Positions 33,792 to 40,000 of a stretch of DNA of 40,000 bases are shown here, piece after piece. Position 1 is the first letter of the stretch. Each line of letters starts with the position of its first letter. A program made the translations under genes and the position numbers. This DNA is from an uncultured phage cr50_1. A model generated the notes under the pieces. It had not been told where the DNA came from and did not search any database. It saw nothing but the letters and a program-made list of their open reading frames with translations. The stretch is taken from sequence record MT774375.1. One strand, given 5' to 3'.

Positions 33792-35708
33792 ATGAAAATT
33801 AAAGACAAAACTTGTATAGTCTTTGATATTGAAGTTCTTAAGAATATATTTACCTGTACGTGTAAAAATACAGAAACAGGAGTAATTACTACTTTTGAAA
33901 TATCTTCTAGAAGAGTAGACATTCAAGAATTAGTATATTATTTTACTCAAGACTGTTACTTTGTTGGTTATAATAACCATCATTATGATAATCCAGTACT
34001 AAATTATGTATTTTCTTTATATAATAAAAATTATATAAACTATTTTAGTACTAGAGAGATAATAGAGTCTATATTCAGAATGAGTCAAATTGTAATTGAT
34101 AAAAACTCTAATTTTGAATTATGGAAAGAATATAAATATACTAAGAATTTCTTATCAATTGATCTATTAACTATGCTATATTCTAAAGCATTACGAGTAT
34201 CTTTAAAAGAGATGCAAGTAACTATGCAATATAAGAATGTAGAAGAATTCGTAGTAGATTGGCAACAAGATCTTCCTGAGAAAGATATGGATCGATTAAT
34301 ATCCTACAACATTAATGATGTAGAATCTACTGAGGAACTTTTGTATCGATGTAAGGATTTACTTGAACTAAGAGTAGAAACTGAAAGAGATTTTGGACTA
34401 CAATGTTTAAGTTTAGATAGAGTAAATTTAGGAGATAAACTATTGCAGCTTAAGGTTATGCAAAAAGCAAACCTAAGTAAAGATCAATTAGAAAATATGA
34501 AATCTCCTGTTGATCGTGTAGATCTAGAGAAAGTAATATTTCCTTGGATTAAATTTAGCAATCCAATACTTCAAAAAGCATTGCAAGATATGAAAAATCA
34601 ACACAATGTATCTCCGGGTAGAAAAGGCTATATAAATACTTTTATATTTGGTGAAATGGAAGTAACTATTGGAGTAGGTGGTATTCATGGTGATAATGGT
34701 TGTTGTTCAATCAAGTGTAATGATGATGAACTATTATTAGATTCTGATGTAAATTCACTATACCCAAGTTTAATTGCTAAATATGAATTATACCCTCCTA
34801 AATTAAAATTTATTCTTAAAGAAGTATATCCAGAAATTATTCGAGATAGACTTGAATTTAAGAGAACTAAACAGAAAAACAAAAACGAAACATATAAATA
34901 TATGCTTAATGGAGTAACTGGTAAAATGCAACAAGAAGTATCTTGGTTATATGCACCATTCTCTATTATGCAAGTACGTATCAATGGTCAATTATTACTT
35001 TTAATGCTTGCTGAAAGACTTTTAAATTTAGGATGTAAGTTATATCAGATTAATACTGATGGTATCTTATATAAGATAAAAAAGACTAAATATGAGGAAT
35101 TACAACAAATATTAAAGGAGTGGGAAGAATTGACTAAACTTACTTTGGAAACCGAACAATTTACTTCATTCTATCAATTAGCAATAAATGATTATTTTGG
35201 AGTAGATCCTAATGGAAATATTAAAAAGAAAGGATTCTTTTTAACTGATGTTGAATTAGGAAAAGGTTTATCACCAAAGATCATTCCCGAAGCGATTATT
35301 AATTACTTTGTACATAACGTTCCAGTAGAAGATACTATTAAATCTTGTAGAGATATACGTAAATTCTTACAAGCAGAGAAGACAGGTAAACAATGGACAG
35401 TTGAATATAACGAACAAGTTCAACAAAGAACCAATAGATTTTACGTTAGTAATAGTGGATACTATTTATGGAAATGGAAACTTGATGATACTGGTAAGAA
35501 ATCATATCAGAATATGTTAAAAGGTTACGGAGTAAGACTTCATAATCGATTTTATTCTGATGAAGATCTTCAATGGAAGTATTCTCAAGGAGAAACATTC
35601 CAGAGTATATACGATATTAATTATCAATATTATATTACTCAATGTATTAAAGTAATAGAACAGTTAAAACCTAAACAGTTAAACCTATTTAATTTTGACG
35701 AATTTTAG
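33792..35708 (+). CDS. Family B DNA polymerase
   Basis: Exonuclease VFDIEVL, YNNHHYDNP; polymerase motif A LLLDSDVNSLYPSL; motif C-like INTDGIL. The ORF track begins at a GTG (33768) inside the tRNA-like element; ATG at 33792 is preferred. Confidence 0.88.
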   Translation: MKIKDKTCIVFDIEVLKNIFTCTCKNTETGVITTFEISSRRVDIQELVYYFTQDCYFVGYNNHHYDNPVLNYVFSLYNKNYINYFSTREIIESIFRMSQIVIDKNSNFELWKEYKYTKNFLSIDLLTMLYSKALRVSLKEMQVTMQYKNVEEFVVDWQQDLPEKDMDRLISYNINDVESTEELLYRCKDLLELRVETERDFGLQCLSLDRVNLGDKLLQLKVMQKANLSKDQLENMKSPVDRVDLEKVIFPWIKFSNPILQKALQDMKNQHNVSPGRKGYINTFIFGEMEVTIGVGGIHGDNGCCSIKCNDDELLLDSDVNSLYPSLIAKYELYPPKLKFILKEVYPEIIRDRLEFKRTKQKNKNETYKYMLNGVTGKMQQEVSWLYAPFSIMQVRINGQLLLLMLAERLLNLGCKLYQINTDGILYKIKKTKYEELQQILKEWEELTKLTLETEQFTSFYQLAINDYFGVDPNGNIKKKGFFLTDVELGKGLSPKIIPEAIINYFVHNVPVEDTIKSCRDIRKFLQAEKTGKQWTVEYNEQVQQRTNRFYVSNSGYYLWKWKLDDTGKKSYQNMLKGYGVRLHNRFYSDEDLQWKYSQGETFQSIYDINYQYYITQCIKVIEQLKPKQLNLFNFDEF

Positions 35709-35751
35709 CAAAGCGTATCATATCATGTCAGGTTCTTAAAAGAAGAAGAAC

Positions 35752-36312
35752 ATGATCATTGAACTAGATACAAATCTAATGGAAACATTAGATATTTCAA
35801 TAAATCAGCTAGTATTTTTAAGTCTTGTATTAGATAAGAATCAAAAGTCCAATCAAGGTATCACAACCATTATTCGCCGGGTCAGTGATAATGAGATACA
35901 AGACTTAATCGATAGAAATTTTATTCAAAAGAAAGACGATAGTAAAAAAGTAACATATAAACCTACTAAGGAATTAGTAGATAAATTAACTCCTAAAGAT
36001 ATACTTTTCGAGCAATTTTATATGTTATATCCTATCATGGTTACTAGACCAGATGGAACTAGAGGCTTTCTTAGAAGTAATCTAAAGAAATGTAGAGAAT
36101 ATTATAACAAATTAGTTAAAGGTAATCCCGATCTTCATAACAGAATCGTAACTGCTTTAAACTTTGAGCTTACTGATAAGGCAATGACAGGAAAGCTTGG
36201 TTATATGAAAACTATGTGGAAATGGCTTACTTCACATGAATGGGAATTACTTGAAGAACAAATGAATGCTAACCAATCTGTATTTCAAAGTTATGGAACA
36301 GAATTACGATAA
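35752..36312 (+). CDS. Hypothetical replication-module protein
   Basis: 186 aa ORF between polymerase and helicase. Confidence 0.6.
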   Translation: MIIELDTNLMETLDISINQLVFLSLVLDKNQKSNQGITTIIRRVSDNEIQDLIDRNFIQKKDDSKKVTYKPTKELVDKLTPKDILFEQFYMLYPIMVTRPDGTRGFLRSNLKKCREYYNKLVKGNPDLHNRIVTALNFELTDKAMTGKLGYMKTMWKWLTSHEWELLEEQMNANQSVFQSYGTELR

Positions 36313-37204
36313 CTTACCTATCTTTAAACATATATCTGAAGTAACAGAAGATACTAAAGAATATATTAAAAAGAGACAAAATCATGAAATTGAACCATTA
36401 AAAACAAGATGGAATAAATTTAATGAAATGTGTAGTATAGAACCTGGCATGGTTTGTACTATAGCAGGTATATCAGGAACTGGTAAGTCTTCATTTGTAA
36501 ATACGTTACAAACTGATTTAATTGAACTTAATCCTAATCAAGATATAGTTATTCTTTCTTTCTCGTTTGAGATGCTTAGCCGTGCACAAGTAGGAAGAAC
36601 TTTATCTAATAAGTTGCATCAAACAACTAAGGCTTTGTATTCTTTAAAAGATATTTCATTAAACGAAATAGATAATACTTTAAATACAATTAAAGATTAT
36701 CCAATATATTTTGTTGATGAATATCTAACAGTACAACAAATAGATAAAACTATATCATATTTTCAAGAAACTATTGCTAAAGATAAATGGTTAATCATAG
36801 TACTAGATCATACTTTATTAGTTAGTAGTGATAATTATAAAGATGAAAGAATGATTATATCAGAACTTGAAAAAGTATTTATTAAAGCAAAGAAAATTGG
36901 AAAAACTACAATTTTTCAATTATCTCAAATGAATAGAAATATTGAAAATATAGATAGGATTAATAATCCATCGGCTCACTATCCGATGAGAAGTGATTTA
37001 TCTGCATCTGATTCTGTATTTCAAGGAAGTGATGTTATAGCTGTCTTACATAGACCTGAAATTTTAAATTTGATGGCATATGGCGTTCAAAGACTACCCG
37101 TACAAAATCGTATATATCTTCATTTTCTTAAAGTAAGAGAAGGAGAATTAGCGATACTTGAATTTGAAAACGACCTGAAATATAACAACCTAATTGAATT
37201 ATAG
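36266..37204 (+). CDS. DnaB-like (SF4) replicative helicase ATPase domain
   Basis: TIAGISGTGKSSFVNTL (Walker A), LIIVLDHTLLVSS (Walker B), SFEM, FQLSQMNR. Confidence 0.82.
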   Translation: MLTNLYFKVMEQNYDNLPIFKHISEVTEDTKEYIKKRQNHEIEPLKTRWNKFNEMCSIEPGMVCTIAGISGTGKSSFVNTLQTDLIELNPNQDIVILSFSFEMLSRAQVGRTLSNKLHQTTKALYSLKDISLNEIDNTLNTIKDYPIYFVDEYLTVQQIDKTISYFQETIAKDKWLIIVLDHTLLVSSDNYKDERMIISELEKVFIKAKKIGKTTIFQLSQMNRNIENIDRINNPSAHYPMRSDLSASDSVFQGSDVIAVLHRPEILNLMAYGVQRLPVQNRIYLHFLKVREGELAILEFENDLKYNNLIEL

Positions 37205-37221
37205 ATAAAGATTTTTATTAA

Positions 37222-37737
37222 TTGGTTAAAATTTTGGCGAATATGACAACAGTATTTAATTCAAACGGCAACAATAAGAAATTTAACGAGAACAATAACT
37301 TTGATTATAAAATCGATTTGACTAAGTATTTCGCTACTCCTACTACAAAGTATCATAGTGACTATACGTCAGATATTCTGAATAAGATTCGATCGATCTT
37401 TCCGTGGGCTACAAAGAAGAACGATACTTCTTATACTATTACTCTAGATAATGCTCCTATTGAGTCTTATACTCTATTAGGCGTTACTCCTGAGGCATTA
37501 AATCTTGAATGGAATAAGGCAGCTTCTCGCCTGTATGATTATATTTATTATACAGAGAATCCGTCCTATGACTTCATGATCGGTGGTATTCCGGTTAAGA
37601 TTCATGGGAATTACATTCAAGTTGGTACGAAGATTGTTCCGAAGTTTACGACTTCGAAATTCTTTAATAACTTATCTAAGAAAGAGCAGATTATTATTTA
37701 TAATATTTCTATAAATATTAATGCAATTTCTGCATAA
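37222..37737 (+). CDS. Hypothetical protein
   Basis: 171 aa ORF. Confidence 0.55.
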   Translation: MVKILANMTTVFNSNGNNKKFNENNNFDYKIDLTKYFATPTTKYHSDYTSDILNKIRSIFPWATKKNDTSYTITLDNAPIESYTLLGVTPEALNLEWNKAASRLYDYIYYTENPSYDFMIGGIPVKIHGNYIQVGTKIVPKFTTSKFFNNLSKKEQIIIYNISININAISA

Positions 37738-37833
37738 TTAAAATAAACAGATCTTTTCAGAATTTTTTCAAATATTATCGAACTGTATCAAACTTTTTCA
37801 TTCATTTCTGAAAAGTAGATAAAACTTCAATTT

Positions 37834-38307
37834 ATGATAGTATTACCTACTGAAAAAGTCAAGGCAAAAGTAAATAATCCACGATTTTTAATTATATACG
37901 GTCGTCCAAAGACCGGTAAAACCTCTTGTGTAGCGGCTCTAGAAAACAATTTGATTATTGATCTTGAAGGTGGATCTGAATTTTTAGATTGTTTGTCTAT
38001 ACAAGCAAGATCTGTAGCAGATTTAGGTGATATTGCAAATGCAATTAGAACTAAAATTAAAGAAACTGGAGTAAAGCCATATAAATTTATTACTCTAGAT
38101 AATGCTACACGACTAGAAGAAATATGTCTATCTTATGCAGCTACGCTTTATAAAGCGCAACCTCAAGGTAAATCTTGGCAAGGTACAGACGTTAGATTAT
38201 TACCACAAGGAAGTGGATATCAATATATTCGTCTAGCTGTAAGAAAAGTAATAGATATGTTTAAAGAACTTACAGATAATCTTATTTTAATTGGTCACAC
38301 TAAGGAT
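37834..38307 (+). CDS. Sak4/RecA-like ATPase, upstream exon
   Basis: FLIIYGRPKTGKTSCVAALEN (Walker A), FITLDNATRLEEI, LILIGHTKD. Confidence 0.82.
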
Positions 38308-39318
38308 TAAAAATAGTCCCTTTAGCTGGTAACAGTTATAGCAAATCTCTTGAATTGCTGGAAACTCTTCTATAAATAGAACACATATACTGTTATAACG
38401 TTAATATGATATATGTACAATTTATATAAGACAATCAGCAGCTATGGAAAAATATAGTATTTTAGATAAAAAAACAATAATAGGACAAAATAAAAAAGGT
38501 AAAACTTATAGATATTTAATACAAGTAAAATGTAATGATTGTGGACATATTAAATGGGTAAATCCATCTAATCCTTTTTATAAAAAAGGAATATGTAGAA
38601 AATGCAATGAATCTAATTATAGAAATCAAGTATTAAATATTGAAAATGATACTTTTAAGGTTCTTTCTATCGATAATGAAAGTACTGCAAAAAATCCTCG
38701 TCATACAAAATATTTTGTACAATGTAAAAGATGTGGAAAAATTTTTAGTAGACGAGCGAGTGTAATACGAAAAAGTTTAGAAAGTGTTGTTTGTTCTAAT
38801 TGTAGAAAACTTCGAAATAATAAACCATTAAACGTTATAAAATATAAAGAATACTGTTATTATAGATCTGGTGCAAAAGCTAGAAATTTAGAATGGAATT
38901 TAACGGAAGAACAATTTGCACATTTAATAAATCAAAATTGTGTATATTGCGGAGAAAAGCCTTCTAAAAAACAAACAGTATCTTATAAAAATGAATATGA
39001 ATTAGTAAATGGTATAGATAGAATAGATTCTTCTAAAGGATATACAGTTAATAACTGTGTACCTTGTTGCAGTAAGTGTAATCTTATGAAAAATAATTTT
39101 AAGAAAGAAGAATTTTTACAACATATAACTAAAATATATAATTATTCTATTAGTTCAACGACTATCCCGAAAGGGAGTACATTCGAAGCTAATGCGAATG
39201 GAAGCGAGAGAATTCCTAACAAAAGGAATATGATATAGTCTATTCTACATGGTGACATGTAGCAGTTCATAAGAGAACGTATACAAACTTGCGAATTGTA
39301 TAGAATATTAAGAAATTG
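38308..39318 (+). other. Group I intron in the Sak4/RecA-like gene, with an embedded HNH ORF
   Basis: AATTGCTGGAAACTC, ACAATCAGCAGCT, GTTCAACGACTATCCCGAAAGGGAG, GATATAGTC. Exon GGAT pairs with GUCC (U.G at the 5' site); intron ends in G; exon frame resumes as ...GHTKD|INKNGED.... Confidence 0.9.
38444..39238 (+). CDS. Intron-encoded HNH endonuclease
   Basis: 264 aa; CVYCGEKP...LVNGIDRIDSSKGYTVNNCVPCCSKCNLMKNN. Confidence 0.9.
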   Translation: MEKYSILDKKTIIGQNKKGKTYRYLIQVKCNDCGHIKWVNPSNPFYKKGICRKCNESNYRNQVLNIENDTFKVLSIDNESTAKNPRHTKYFVQCKRCGKIFSRRASVIRKSLESVVCSNCRKLRNNKPLNVIKYKEYCYYRSGAKARNLEWNLTEEQFAHLINQNCVYCGEKPSKKQTVSYKNEYELVNGIDRIDSSKGYTVNNCVPCCSKCNLMKNNFKKEEFLQHITKIYNYSISSTTIPKGSTFEANANGSERIPNKRNMI

Positions 39319-39585
39319 ATCAATAAAAATGGTGAAGATATGACAGAAATGTCCTTAGATTTAGTAGGTAAACTAGGGGATATTGTCTGTGGAGAAGCAG
39401 ATGCTGTAGGTTTTATGTATAGAAAAGGTAATCAAACCATTGTTAATTTTGATAGTGGTGATGATACTACAAAAGGTGCTAGAGCACCACACATTAGAGA
39501 AAAAAGAATCGTTTTAGCTGAAAGCGATGAAAATGGAAATTTAAGTTTTCATTGGAATAAAATTTATTTGCCAGACCAAGAATAA
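39319..39585 (+). CDS. Sak4/RecA-like ATPase, downstream exon
   Basis: INKNGEDMTEMSLDLVGKLGDIVCGEADAVGFMYRKG...*, continues exon 1 after splicing. Confidence 0.82.
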   Translation: MNKNGEDMTEMSLDLVGKLGDIVCGEADAVGFMYRKGNQTIVNFDSGDDTTKGARAPHIREKRIVLAESDENGNLSFHWNKIYLPDQE

Positions 39586-39603
39586 CCAAAATAATAGAAT
39601 AAG

Positions 39604-40000
39604 ATGATTTACAGTTCACAAAGAGCACAAGCAATCCAAAAGAAAGATGTAGCATATTTAGGTGCAGGTATCCAAGATAATGTAGTATTAGAAGCAATTA
39701 GAGTTGATAAATCCATTAATGGAAATAACTTTATTGAATTTAAGTTTACTGCAAAAGATGGTAAATTTATGACCCATACTGAATGGGAACCATCTAAAGG
39801 TCCTAATATGACTGATGAAGATCTACAGAAGAAGTGTGATAACCAATTCTCTAGAATCGATCAAATCCTAGAATGTTACTATCCTAATAAGGAAGATCGA
39901 GTATTTACCGGTGAGAGTTTTAAAGAATTCATCGAATGGGTTGCTGAAATGCTTAATAAAGCAGACAGATCTACATTACTTCGTATTAAAGTAGTATATA
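39604..40000 (+). CDS. Hypothetical replication/recombination-module protein (truncated by window)
   Basis: Hand translation MIYSSQRAQAIQKKDVAYLGAGIQDNVVLEAIRVDKSINGNNFIEFKFTAKDGKF..., open to the window end. Confidence 0.55.
   Translation, partial: MIYSSQRAQAIQKKDVAYLGAGIQDNVVLEAIRVDKSINGNNFIEFKFTAKDGKFMTHTEWEPSKGPNMTDEDLQKKCDNQFSRIDQILECYYPNKEDRVFTGESFKEFIEWVAEMLNKADRSTLLRIKVVY

Overview
This window is part of a crAss-like (Crassvirales-type) phage genome; the assignment rests on gene content and protein motifs only. It has two opposed gene blocks. The minus-strand block (about 1-16.65 kb) encodes the major capsid protein (split by an intron), an acidic protein, a HExxH protein, portal, large terminase, dUTPase (split by an intron), a DUF5664-like protein, ThyX and small proteins. 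The plus-strand block (about 16.86-40 kb) encodes small and membrane proteins, an L7/L12-CTD-like protein, an ECF-like sigma factor, family B DNA polymerase, a DnaB-like ATPase and a Sak4/RecA-like ATPase (split by an intron). The most unusual content is RNA in the plus-strand block. (1) There is a strong candidate circularly permuted tmRNA: the 3' tRNA-like half (T arm plus CAACTCC) lies about 215 nt UPSTREAM of the 5' half (GGGGTTGCATGGATTTGAC). P1 is 7 bp, P2 is 8 bp, and a possible tag frame reads GNNFVTDYTAIGA*. (2) A series of tRNA-like elements lies between genes. They have good acceptor and T arms but non-canonical, missing or absent anticodon arms, down to a perfect 12-bp acceptor/T-arm minihelix. 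This suggests an RNase P/RNase Z 'punctuation' system for polycistronic phage transcripts. (3) A roughly 2.4-kb nearly ORF-free tract (28.11-30.53 kb) is full of perfect helices and is a candidate large ornate ncRNA. (4) A family of GUGA-tetraloop hairpins sits in intergenic gaps. (5) Three group I introns carry HNH ORFs that overlap the ribozyme core. All structure calls were made by eye and need covariance and expression tests.
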